A DNA stretch of 64,000 nucleotides from Mobula hypostoma (lineage: Eukaryota), in NCBI RefSeq assembly GCF_963921235.1, contig NC_086097.1, positions 75,332,001-75,396,000 on the forward strand, in the 5' to 3' direction. Below are positions 14,101-25,387 of this stretch, piece after piece. The position numbers and the translations under genes were made by a program. A model generated the notes under the pieces. That model saw only the letters and a list, made by a program, of their open reading frames with translations. It had not been told where the DNA came from and searched no databases. The stretch's first letter is position 1; every line of letters begins with the position of its first letter.

Positions 14101-14600
14101 CACCCCATCCAATATTTCCTCTGATCACAGTCCCCAAATAATCTCAGACCTCTGAGCAATGATGGCACAGAACTTCGGCATTAGGATACATCATACCACG
14201 GCGTATCACCTACAGTCCAATGGCCTCTGTGAGCGGTTTCACTGCATCTTAAAGGCTTCCCTGACTGATGAGCGTTGGCATGATAGGAACCCATGAGGCT
14301 CAGAACTGCTCCAAAGGAGGACCTGCAGTCATCCACAGTTGAGTTGTTATATGGGCAGCCATTACGTGTGCCAGGATGTTCATTACTGATGCCACAAATG
14401 CCTGGTCTGCCTCGAACCAGCATTCCACTAGTAAATTCAATTCCTTTTCATCAATTCCTACCTCCCATCAATGTGTACAGCACTCTTGAGTTCCTGTTGA
14501 CCTTAATATCATAGATAAGAGGGATAAACCGGAACGTGTTTCGGTAGATGGCCTTAGACTGGGCCACGAAGATTTGGAGTATTCCACTACCGTGCCTTGG
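11131..14600 (+). pseudogene. Gypsy gag-pol, disrupted by many stops and frameshifts
   Basis: Fragments appear in ORFs 11256, 11774, 11987, 12265, 13202, 13374, 13782 and 14293 in shifting frames. Confidence 0.92.
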
Positions 14601-14758
14601 TGTCAGAACATGATCATAAGTGTGTCCACGCACCTCTGGATGAGCCAGGGGCACGTGCAGTTCCTCCACCCCGGGAACATAGGACACCGAGCAGGGCGGC
14701 TGGTCCGAGCTCCAGGCAAGCTCACAATGCCGGATTTAGTGAATTCTGTGGAGTCCTG

Positions 14759-14970
14759 TGTAAGGTAATGTAACTGGGAGAAATGTACATAATTTACAAC
14801 CACCAACATTGATTTGGGGTTTCACTTTAAGAGGCGGGTCTGACATGATGATGCTGTTAAGTAAGGATTTTTAGCGTGCTTTTATGTTTACATTTTGGAG
14901 TTCAACAAAATGTGTTACAGGTTTCAGTAAACATGAAACTCCTCACTTTGTTTTATTGCGAAAGGCTACA
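14759..14970 (+). repeat. 3' LTR of Gypsy element
   Basis: TGTAAGGTAATG...GGCTACA with canonical TG...CA termini; same length as the 5' LTR. Confidence 0.95.
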
Positions 14971-15567
14971 CTAGCGGAAGTTAGAGAAGTCAATGTTCAT
15001 GCCATCAGGTTTTAATTCCACATCCCATTCCCATTCTGATATGTCTATCCACGGCCTCCTCTACTGTAAAGATGAAGCCACACTCAGGTTGGAGGAACAA
15101 CACCTTATATTCCGTCTGGGTAGCCCCCAACCTGATGGCATGAACATTGACTTCTCTAACTTCTACTAATGCCCCACCTCCCCCTCGTACCCCATCCGTT
15201 ATTTATTTTTATACACACATTCTTTCTCTCACTCTCCTTTTTCTCCCTCTGTTCCTCTGACTATACCCCTTGCCCATCCTCTGGGTTTTCTCCCCCCCCC
15301 CCGTCTTTCTCCCCGGGCCTCCTGTCCCATGATCCTCTCGTATCCCCTTTGCCAATCACCTGTCCAGCTCTCGGCTCCATCCCTCCCCCTCCTGTCTTCT
15401 CCTATCATTTTGGATCTCCCCTTCCCCCTCTCACCTTTAAATTTCTTACTAGCTCTTTCTTCAGTTAGTCCTGACGAAGGGTCTCGGCCTGAAATGTCGA
15501 CTGTACCTCTTCCTAGAGATGCTGCCTGGCCTGCTGCGTTCACCAGCAACTTTGGTGTGTGTTGCTT
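14971..15567 (+). mobile_element. Short Penelope-like element copy (GIY-YIG 3' end plus pLTR) with inverted 5' segment
   Basis: 15010-15567 is highly similar to the reverse complement of 43061-43615. 14977-15011 is a perfect 35-bp inverted copy of 15129-15163. Confidence 0.93.
15467..15502 (+). ncRNA. Minimal type-I hammerhead ribozyme motif (one C>T change in stem III)
   Basis: AGTC-CTGACGA-A-GGGTCTCGGCCT-GAAATGTC-GACT contains the CUGANGA and GAAA core boxes, stem I AGTC/GACT and stem II GGGT/GCCT. Confidence 0.8.
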
Positions 15568-15599
15568 AAATGTATAAAACATGTCTGCATCAGTGTTAT

Positions 15600-15934
15600 C
15601 TTGTATTTCCATGCAATGTTACATTATGCTGTTACACATCTATTGTCAGATATTGTTGTTGTGGTGTTGGAGGTTGCGTTTAAGAAAACTATGAAACACC
15701 GCGCTGCCGCCACCATCTGTTCCGGCACATCATGACAGTGTTTTTAAAAAGCTCTGGTTACCCCATACACACTACACCGCCCAACCGGTAGTTTCAGATT
15801 TACCCACTCTGGAGAGCGTTTTAGAAAAGCTTTGTTTTCAGGGGAGGAAAACACCGTTTCAGTGCGGACGGAGGGTCAAAACGAAGAGAAAAAGCTTCAG
15901 TTAAAAATTTATCCGATCTAGTGTGGACGTAGCC
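15600..15934. mobile_element. PIF/Harbinger-like non-autonomous DNA transposon, right end only
   Basis: Ends in CTAGTGTGGACGTAGCC, the reverse complement of a GGCTACGTCCACACTAG Harbinger-type TIR, followed by CTA. The left TIR is missing and the left boundary is approximate. Confidence 0.7.
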
Positions 15935-15989
15935 CTAGTAGCCATGTCCCATAATCCTGCTATTAGCAGCAGTTAACACTGATAAAAAA

Positions 15990-16240
15990 CATTATCAGCC
16001 TGTAACTGTCACTTGTGCTCATTTGGTCTCACCCTATCAGAAGTATTCTCTTTGTTCTAACCATTCCCCTGTGCCACCTTCTCTACTCCTAAAAAGTACT
16101 TTGCCTGTTTTCTCTCATCTCCGGTTCTGATTAAGGACCTCAGATCTGAAACGTTCGTTCTGTTTCTCTGCTTGATGCAGCCTGACCTGCTAAGCATTTC
16201 ATGCATTCTCTGATTTTGTTTTTGATTTCCTTTATTTGAA
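15990..16240 (+). mobile_element. Old PLE 3' end/pLTR remnant with decayed hammerhead
   Basis: GGTT-CTGATTA-AGGACCTCAGATCT-GAAACGTT at 16123-16155, followed by the GATGCAGCCTGACCTGCTAAGCATTTC tail. Confidence 0.55.
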
Positions 16241-17526
16241 GTTGTCTTTGTGATTTTTCCATTTAGCTTTATCTTTTCACCTCATTATTTTCCGAATCTA
16301 CATATGGTCTTCTTTGCCACTCTTTCCAGAAGACATAATTTCTGCAAAATCATATGGAAGGGTAATTCAGGACATTTTCGAAATCATTGATACCACCAAA
16401 CAAGTCTTGGAGACTTTTTTGCATGTTAACGGTGTCCTCAAATTATTAAGAGCATGGCCAGATTTTTTTTGTTGGTTTTGTACAGTGAAATCATCTCTTG
16501 TATATTTTCTGTTACATTACGTGTTTTGAGGTGTAGCTCATTTAAAAAAAATCTGTAGTTTGTGTGCAAAACATTCATCTGTCTGCCTTTACTACTCTAA
16601 AGATTAGTCAGTTAAATGCTCACACTGTATTGATAAGTCTGAGAAGGCTAGCATTCCCTTTAAACAGGCAGTGTAATCAAAATGTTTAGATAACTGCAGT
16701 GAAAGCCTCTGCAGAAATGTCAATTGATTATACATAACAATATTAAACACCAAAGCTTTGAAGGTTCTTTTCTCTGTGACAGTGTTCTAAACCAGTCTCT
16801 TGCATACTCATCAAAAAGAAAATTCAATCAGTGTGAATGGCACGGAAGAAGAAATAGTTCAAAGGCTGATAGGTTGCAATAATGTGTCACCAAACAATGA
16901 CAGCACATTTTCTTATGTACATAGTGAAATTGTTTAAGTTCTGCTTTGAAAATGCAGATATTCAAATTTTCATGAAATGTCCAATTGATTTAAAAAAATT
17001 ACAGATTAATGCTTTCTGTTTCTCTGAATATAAAAACTCTACAAAAAACATTTAATATTAAAATTACTTATTTTATATTTGCAAGTTTGCACAATGCTTT
17101 CAATCCGTAAGATCCTTATTTTAAATCAGTCAGGATTCTTGACAAATTAAGTTGAAGAAAGCCTTTTCATATTTATCTAAAGGCTTAGGCTGAATTGTCT
17201 TTTGGAAGCAATGATAAAATGGCAATACAAGAAAAATAGAGAATGCCTAACATCAAGCCCTAAAGTGACAAATCTCCAGAACATCCACAGTCTGAACATT
17301 ATGCTCATACGGCAGAATCATCTGGTATATGATCTCAAAGGCCTTATGTATAGCTATTGCTTAGCATGACATCGGGAAGCAGTAACTTAATAGGAATGGT
17401 TTCATGATACGGCACTCCCGGTGTGAAGAGGTGCTTACATTAAATACATCTTGAGCAATTGTAAGCATGTAACTTGTAATTTTCTATCTATTAATCATAA
17501 CAGATGAAAAAATATTAAGCTGCACA

Positions 17527-17622
17527 CCTGTAATTTTCCTGAGGCGTGTTTCTGCAATTTTGCTAAGGTGTGGGGGTGCTCCTCTAATTTTACTGAGCCA
17601 AGCTCCTGTGATTTTCCTGAGG
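17527..17622. repeat. Four degenerate copies of an 18-bp motif (CCTGTAATTTTCCTGAGG-like)
   Basis: Copies start at 17527, 17551, 17581 and 17605 (spacing 24, 30, 24). Confidence 0.7.
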
Positions 17623-20579
17623 CAATCTCTCCTGATTTCATTCATGTCTGAAATACAAATCCTATTCTCTCTAAAATGTTTTCTCATTATATGACTTTGT
17701 TACCTCACTAAATCTTGGGTCTCATAAAAAGGCACCCTTTGCTTAAAGTAGTTAGATCCAAACCATCTGCTCACCTTCTCTTTTTGAGGTTGAATACATT
17801 GTATCTTCCTTTGGTTGTTTCACACCAAAGAGAAATAGAATGATGGCAGCAATTCTAGTATCTTGAGATATGCTTGCTACGTTGAGACTTACAGCAGGAT
17901 TTTACTTTCTCAATAGTTTTTCTAAGGTTAAATTCTAGCCTATTGGAACAATTCTGTACAACATTGACTGAAATAATCATTCCCTATCGTCACATTTTGG
18001 GACTTGCGTACCATTAATAGCAATTAATTTGACTGCAACCTTCAAAAAGGTGAAGTAGCCAGTTCTGTTTGTATTTCAGTTTTTAAAAATTGCGCTGGTT
18101 CTTTATAGAATCTGTTGTTTTAAAAACAAATTAAATAAACCAAGACACATCTCACTAAGCAACCAGCTGAGAATCATTAGTTCATGCCCTCTCACTGCCA
18201 GAGAGCATCTGGCCCATCATGCTCATCCTGGCCAAAGATGGGCTTGGGTTCATTCCACTTCCCAACTTTTTGCCCATTGCCTTATTTGACACACTATTTA
18301 GGAGTATACCAAATGACCCAAAGCCTCAGTGTCTTGCTCAACATTAAGCCTTTCCTCCACAACCCAAAAAATTATAATGCATACTACCGATGGACTCACT
18401 GGCTTATCTGCCATAATTCTATACTCTGAAAATAGATCATTTTCCTACTCCCACTCTTAAAGTGACTTTTTAAAGCTCACATCTTCCACCTACCTTTATT
18501 TACCTCTGGTAACGTCCCACTTACACCTTAACTCTTGTGTCTGTTGTTGCTCTGATCATTTGCAAATGGGAAGTATGTAGTCATTGGATGCAACTTTTAA
18601 TGGAGATCACATAATATTATGTAAAATGGTGCTCGTCTTAATAGTCTATGTTTTCCATGACATGAAGCACACCAAAAAAAAAAGAACAGTAGATAATTGC
18701 TTAGTTTACCAATGTAATTGGTATGTGGCTGAAAGGAAAGAGAACAGATTTTGCTGCAGACAAGAACCATATAAAGGTTCCATGGTAAAAGTATATTTCA
18801 GTGACCAATAATTTCAAGGTGTGCCTTCAAACAGACAAAAATAAAACACAAGATGAGATACACATACTAAAATGCAAGGCATTAATAATTCAGGTGCTCT
18901 CTGTATGATAGAAGAAAGTAGAACAGTCTGCATACCTTAAACCTGACCACAGGAAAAATGAATTGAAATTTATTACAAGAAAATCTATTGAAAAGGGTAA
19001 TTTTATGCGATCAGTATAAATAAATTACACATGGCATTACTCACATTTTTTTGCTTTTTTGAGAAGTAGTAGCAGGAAAAAGCAGAAACCAAATTGGAAA
19101 CTCATTTAACAAGTTTTGTAACTAATGCCTGGTTACAGTATGTTTTTCTTTCAGTAATAAGCTTCTCTTTACAAGAAGAGAACTGTCACTCAAATCCCTG
19201 GGGAGTCAGTATCACTGTGCAAGTCGCACCAGTGTCTGTAAGCAGCTCTGTTCTATGGAATGATGCAAAAAAGATAGAGATGCTGGCATCGTTCTGAGCC
19301 CAACTTTGTATGAAATAGTAATTCTATCTTTGTGTATTGTGTTGTCATAAACTGAGACTAAATCAAAAAAAATTGCAATAATCAACATTTGTTGAGCCTA
19401 ACACACTAAGTATGGAAAGTAGTTCTCGATATATTGTGGCATTTGGTCATTTCCTCCAAGATAAACACTTTACAAACCTTGAAGATGAAATCTGTTTTCT
19501 CTTTCATCATATTACTTTGCTATTTATAAATTGAATCTGACTTCACATTAATAATTTTTGTGCATTTTGTTACTGATGGTTTTTACTTCTTAATATTAAG
19601 TTTGCTGATTCAAAAGATCGCAAATATGTTTTTAAACCTTGACTAGCTATCATATAAATCAAAGCATCTATGATGGTTTTTTGATTGTTATCGATTACTT
19701 ATTCCTCATGGAGAGAACACTGGGAATGAGGGGACTGATGTTTGAGCTGTAAATTTTGCATGATGTCGTCCAGAATTAATGCTATGAAGCAAATTCAATA
19801 TTTTCTCTCTTAATTTGGCATTATTACTGCCAAAACTTAATCCGATCAAAAGTAAACCACAATCCATTAGTTGATGGATGCAAATTAGATGCTAATAAAG
19901 TCATTGACCTTTTAAGTTAAGCTCACGGTAAGGCTCTTGTGCAATGCAAGTGAGCAGGGCACTGTGTCCCAAATAACAAGCTGTCAGCCGGCTGGGGATT
20001 TTATAAAAAAAAGTTGCTTTTAACATTCAGGAGTGGAGTTACTGGTAGCTAGAGTGCTGAGGAATCAAAAAATGGTTCAGAATAACAAAACTAACAATGT
20101 CCTAAATCTCGCAGAGTGCAAAAAAAGAAGACAGTGAAAGGAAATTCTTAGTCCCAGGATGAAAAGAATAACTAGCATTTTGAACCAGGAGAGGTGGGAG
20201 TAAACTCTTGACCAGAGACTATCCTTGGAAATGTATGAAATTCTGTCTAAAAAGAAAAGGCCCAATTATGCCACATAAGATAAGAATCATTTCTTAAATT
20301 ACAATTGAAATGCATTTCAAAAAAATCTTCCCTTTTTTGAAAGTTTCCATTTGTGGTTAGAAAATACAGTGAATATATTTCTGAAATGTAAATAAAAAGA
20401 TATTTATTCCATTTTTTCCCCTGCTTGATTCCAGGCTTGGGAAAACATGGTGATTCGAAGATGTATTAGACAGTATTTGAAAATGAGGGAACTGTTAAAC
20501 AATATATGATCTCTGCACAAAGAATGGGAATCTGCTGGAATCCATCAAGCAGTTATAACTATTTGTATATTTGTATAGT

Positions 20580-21256
20580 TTAGATTAGATTAGATTAGAT
20601 TATGAGGACACTCAGTCCTCATTTATTGTCATTTAGAAATGCATGCATTAAAAAATGATACAATGTCCCAGTATGATATCATAGAAACACAAGACAGACC
20701 AAGACTAAAACTGACAAAAACCACATAATTATAACATATAGTTACAACAGTGCAAAGCAATACCGTAATTTGATAAGAGCAGACCATGGGCAAGGTAAAA
20801 AAAAGTCTCAAAGTCCCGATAGCCCATCATCTCACGCAGACGGTAGAAGGAAGAAACTCTCCCTGCCATGAGCTTCCAGCGCAGTAAACTTGCTGATGCA
20901 GCATCCTGGAAGCACCCAACCACAGTCCGACTCCGAGTCTGTCCGAAAAATTTGAGCCTCCGACCAGCCCTCCGACACCGAGCACCAAACACCATCTCTG
21001 CCGAGCACTTCGACCCTGGCCCCGGCCGCCAAGCAACAGGCAAAGCCGAGGATTCGGGGCCTTCCCCTCTGGAGATTTCGGATCACACAGTAGCAGCAGC
21101 AGCGAAGTAGGCATTTCAGAAGTTTCAGCAGATGTTCCTTCACGCTCTCACGTCTGCCTCCATCAAATCAGAATTGTGCACAGCATCCTACTTGACAGAT
21201 TACAGATATTCATCACTGGAGAGACCGCGCGTGCTGCGTCGCCATCTTCTCCTCCT
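20580..21256 (-). mobile_element. Non-autonomous LINE-derived retroelement (~680 bp) with (TCTAA)n tail
   Basis: On the minus strand it starts GAGGAGAAGATGGCG, is GC/CpG-rich, and ends with AATAAA followed by a (TCTAA)4 tail (TTAGA repeats at 20580-20602). Confidence 0.75.
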
Positions 21257-21279
21257 CACCAGTTCCTTAAGATTGTTAT

Positions 21280-21800
21280 AACCAGTGGTGGTAGAGGGGA
21301 TAAGCTCCCACAGTTTATTAAATGCTCATAATGGCATGTGTCTCAAATAGCCACTGACAATCAAGTCCATCTCCTGATCTTCACATGTGGCTTAGCAACT
21401 AAGCCTGGCAGAACCATTTCTATGGGCTACTAGCATCTTAAAACCAGTCGCTCCGGGGGAGATGGGGCTTGTCAGCCATGGCTGGCAGCTCATCTTGGAG
21501 AAGTTAATCAGCGATCTCAAACCTCCCCCTCCTTGCGGCTGTATCCACTCACTGGGAAGGCTTAGGGAGTAAACCTCGAGAAAAATCCAAAGTCCCTAAG
21601 GCAGTCCTGCATTATGTTTAACGCTGCCTTTGGTGCCAAAAAGAATTGATCTCTATCATTCCCTTGAATTCATCAGCTGTGTGAAGAGGGGGAGCCTGCT
21701 ACATGGGCAACAGCTTGCTCTTCACATTGTACTGTCCTGGCTTGCGTATCATGTAGACAACTGGGGCATGGTCAGCTCTGACCAACGGAAGGCCTCAATA
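21280..21800 (+). mobile_element. GC-richer interspersed repeat, probably an RTE-related non-autonomous element
   Basis: Sharp compositional boundaries. Resembles RTE-type 5' UTR-derived repeats (recall only). Hairpin GGCTTAG-CAA-CTAAGCC at 21389-21405. Confidence 0.45.
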
Positions 21801-21879
21801 GTTTCTCACCATCTTTCCTGGTGTTCCTCTGAACTCAGTTCGTGCATGAATTCCGTAAGTTCTACCATTGACCACCTTC

Positions 21880-22290
21880 TCACAAAGCTGCTACCCCAAT
21901 CATTGGGAAGTTGGAGGAGAGGTAATGGAAGGTGTTGAGGGTACTATAGTCTGTAGAGCTGAAGGCTGTAGACTGTCAGGAGGGTGAGAAGGAATGATGC
22001 ATAATTGTCACTGTCAGAGTGGATGTTGTTTGTGGCCTTGGACTTTGTTGGGGAAACTGCCAGAAATGTCCAGGATATATGGGCAGGGACTGTGGAGATG
22101 AAGAGATAATTGGTGAGGAATTGGAAACAGAAGGTTAGTTTATAAAGCTAGTGAGATTAAGGTTATTTTTAAAGCAATGGTGGTGGCAGTAAGTTATTGA
22201 GAGAGGTCAGTTTATATTTGATTTATCTAAATGCTACCTTCGCTAAATTGATAGGAATGGGCCAGACATAATCCTCAAATTGTGTCATCA
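21880..22290 (-). mobile_element. Old L2-like fragment
   Basis: G-rich plus strand. GTCAGAGTGGATGTTGTTTGTGGCCTTG reverse-translates to KATNNIHSD, resembling the L2 RT 'KVTNDIL' region. Confidence 0.45.
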
Positions 22291-22642
22291 GCTAGCACAA
22301 TTAAAAATCAAGAAAGCAAACCCAGAAGAGCAACTTTAGATAAAGTCAATTTGTCCAATCAAACCATTGCTGAAAATCCCTTTAACACGTTGGCTATTTT
22401 AACAAGTCGAAGTACTTCCTGTTTATGCTTAACATTATTGTGTGTGCTATACAGTGATCAATATAAAATCGTCTCTTCTTCCTATACACGTTAAATACAA
22501 TTTTTGCCATTACCCCATCCTTAATTTAGTGTCAACATGAACAAGATGATTTTGATGAGACAAGAAGGAAACTTTCTTCAAAATAATGTGTTCTGAGGAA
22601 GGACCACTGGTGGGTCAGTGTGCATCCTGGGACTACCAGGAA

Positions 22643-23487
22643 GTTCAAAGTAAATTTATTATCAACGTGCATATATGTCACTCTCAAATTCATTTTCTTG
22701 TGAGCATTCTCAATAAATCCATCATAAGATAATAACTGTAATAGAATCAATGAAAGGCCACATCAACTTGGGCATTCAACCAATGTGCAAAAGACAACAA
22801 ACTGTGCAAATCCGAAAAGAAAGAAATAATAATGAAAATTAAGTAAGCAATTAATATCAGGAACATGAGATAAAGAGTCCCTGAAAGTGAGTACATAGGT
22901 TGTGGGAACATATCAGGATGGGGCAAGTGAAGCTGAGTGAAGTTATCCTCTTTGGTTCAAGAACCCGTTGACTGAATGGCAATAACTGTTCCTGAATCTG
23001 GTGGTGTGAGTCCTGAAGTTCCTGTATCTTCTTCCTGATGGCAGCAGTGAGAAGAGAGCATGACCTGAGTGGAAGGAGTCATTGATGATAGATGCTGTTT
23101 TCCCTTAACAACACTTTGTGTAGATGTGCTCAATGGTGGGGAGGGCTTTACCTGTGGTGGACTGGGCCATATCCACTACTTTTTGTAGGATTTTCCATTC
23201 AAAGGCTTGTGGGTTTCCATACCAAGCTGTGATGCAGCCAATCAATATACTCCCCACTACACATCCACAGAAGTTCGTCAAAGTTTTAGATGTCATACCA
23301 AATCTACGCAAACTCCTGAAAAAGTAGAGGTGCTGCTGTGTTTTCTTCTTATGTGTTGGGCCCAGGATAATCCAAGATAATAACACCACGGATTTTAACA
23401 TTGCTGACCCTCTCCACCTCTGATCTTCTGAGGAGAACTGACTCATGGACCTCTGGTTTCCTTCTCCTGAAGTCAATAATTAGCTCG
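22643..23487 (-). mobile_element. Rex1/Babar-like LINE 3' fragment
   Basis: ORFs 23105(-) and 23349(-) read ELIIDFRRRK...QQHLYFFRSLRRFGMTSKTLTNF..VVGSILIGCITAWYGN. The 3' tail is ...AATAAATTTACTTTGAACT. Confidence 0.9.
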
Positions 23488-25269
23488 ATGTAGATGAATG
23501 ACAGTGGTGCACAAGAAGACATAAACATGCTCACACTTACTGTTAATCTAATAGGGCTTGAAACCAGATTGACGATCTAAAGATAGATTTGCACTCTACA
23601 ATTTACTTTAAGCCAGAAGCAGAAATTAACTTAACAGCTACCCACAGTTAGTTGTATGGGAGCTGGGAGCTTCATCATATGCACTGCTTTAACAAGGCTG
23701 CGTTATCTATAGATAGTGCTACACAATTCATGATTTGTGTAAATGCACTCTATAAGTTATTTCAGGGAATAGTTTACTTGCTCTGTATTCTGGCTCATTT
23801 AACTTGTCTGGGACTTACAAAGACCAGGTAAAGCACCGTTTTTTTTTCAAATGTTACATATTTTCTCCTCTGTTGATGCTGCTAGGTCATTTTCTTTGGC
23901 TTTTGATTCACCTTTACCTGACACCTCTCCCAAAGAGGCTTTTGGTACAACTATGATTCTTGCTTTGTGAGCTTGGCAGGGAATTAGAGGCAAGTAAGGA
24001 CTTACCAGACAATGTCTACAGAAGTATCTTCCAGTACTGAAAAAGCTGTTAATTAAGAATTATGATAGCCATTTCCCTCCTAATGGAGTGGTGCTCTAAC
24101 TTTTGGTCCACAGTCTACCAATTCGGTTAACCTGAGACATAGCTTGTCAATGGGGTTCAGTTATTTTTAGACCCAGTTGTTAATTTTCACCTCGATATGA
24201 CCTTGCAATGGCATAGGTTATTGTGAACAATGGTTAGAATCTAAATAGAAAGTTAAGGTTGTCATGATCAATATTCTTAAACTATTTTCACGATAATGGG
24301 GGTAACAATGGGGGTAAATTTATGACCGAATAGAATAGCCTAATTGCAACAAATAGAAGATGTAAACATGAGGAAGTGCATTTATGTGATGGAAGCACAA
24401 AAATATCCCAAAAAATCTTTGCATTTGTGCTCCTGCTGTACTCTGATGTTTCAAAAAATGTAAATATGGCCAAATTACTGGACCAATTATTTTCTTTTAA
24501 AGTACTCCAATTTGGATCAGAAAACAAAAAAAAAACATAAACAGTTTTATGAATGAAATGGCTTTCCTGAGTAAAGTTTAAACTTCCTTTGTGGTAAATT
24601 GGTATTGATGATTCTTTGTTGCAACTTCCTGGATGCCAGAGAAATGGCTTGTGGGATTGATTAAACTAAAAAGCCCTTGGCCATTACTTCCTCTTCATAT
24701 TCTTATCTCTCATTTACAGCTGTTGGCTTTCCATATAATCTTTGGCTTTCCTCAAAAATCTCAACTGTAGGATTCATGTTTGAAGATAGAATAAAACCAC
24801 TACACCCAAGTTCAGGAAATTTCTGATACACCCATTAACACAATGCAGGGCTCTTCTAACCGCAAGCTCCAGGACTAACTGTTTGCTCTATCATACAGGA
24901 AATGAGTCAGCCCCCTGTCTGTTTGTGATGTGCCTATTCTGCAGGTGTTCACAAATGGTCTTTGGTGAAGAGGCTCCTGCTATTGAGCAGATGCATCACT
25001 GAAAGTTTGGTTTTAACTTGGGCTGGTGATTGAACTAAAACGTACATAAAGCATCTTAAATTTAAAGACTATAATTCACATATGAACATCAGCTGCGAAT
25101 CAAAAGATGTTCCCAGTGCAATGGACTGCACGTTGTGAAGTCCACTGTTTAAATTTTCCCAGTCAGAAATAATTTTGCGAAGGGTAAACATTATAGTTGA
25201 GGGACAGCCTTTTATGTTAAAGGAAAAGTTTCAAAGTCTACCTACTCATTGAGGAGACAGGGAAACAGT

Positions 25270-25387
25270 TCCCAATGGGAGTGGGGCTGAGAGGGAAAAT
25301 GGATCAGCCATGATGAAATGGCAGAACAGCCTTGAGCGCCAAATGGCCTAATTCTGCTCCAATAGAGTATCTATGTTCTTATGGTCT
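25270..25387 (+). mobile_element. CR1 LINE 3' UTR fragment
   Basis: GGATCAGCCATGATGAAATGGCAGAACAGCCTTGAGCGCCAAATGGCCTAATTCTGCTCC matches the 3' ends at 32885-32960 and 56230-56326. Confidence 0.8.

Larger units (their letters stand above)
10876..14970 (+). mobile_element. Full-length decayed Gypsy (Ty3/Metaviridae) LTR retrotransposon, 4095 bp
   Basis: Two 212-bp LTRs and a PBS. Internal order: gag (MSAIAVALKLLEF* from 11131), protease (LCDTGAHVSV), RT (SPWASSLNMV; YLDD at 12745-12756), RNase H (RKYSTFEHELL; NAVADCLSR), integrase (LTIVDRTTRWPE). PR-RT-RH-IN order is Gypsy. CTAG flanks both ends (10872-10875, 14971-14974). Confidence 0.96.

Noticed and set aside
17527..17622. CRISPR-like repeat-spacer array
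   Set aside because: The repeats are 18 bp and degenerate, the spacers only 6-12 bp, there are no cas genes, and the context is eukaryotic.
20580..20602. Interstitial telomeric repeat
   Set aside because: The unit is TTAGA, not TTAGGG, and it is the 3' tail of the adjacent retroelement.
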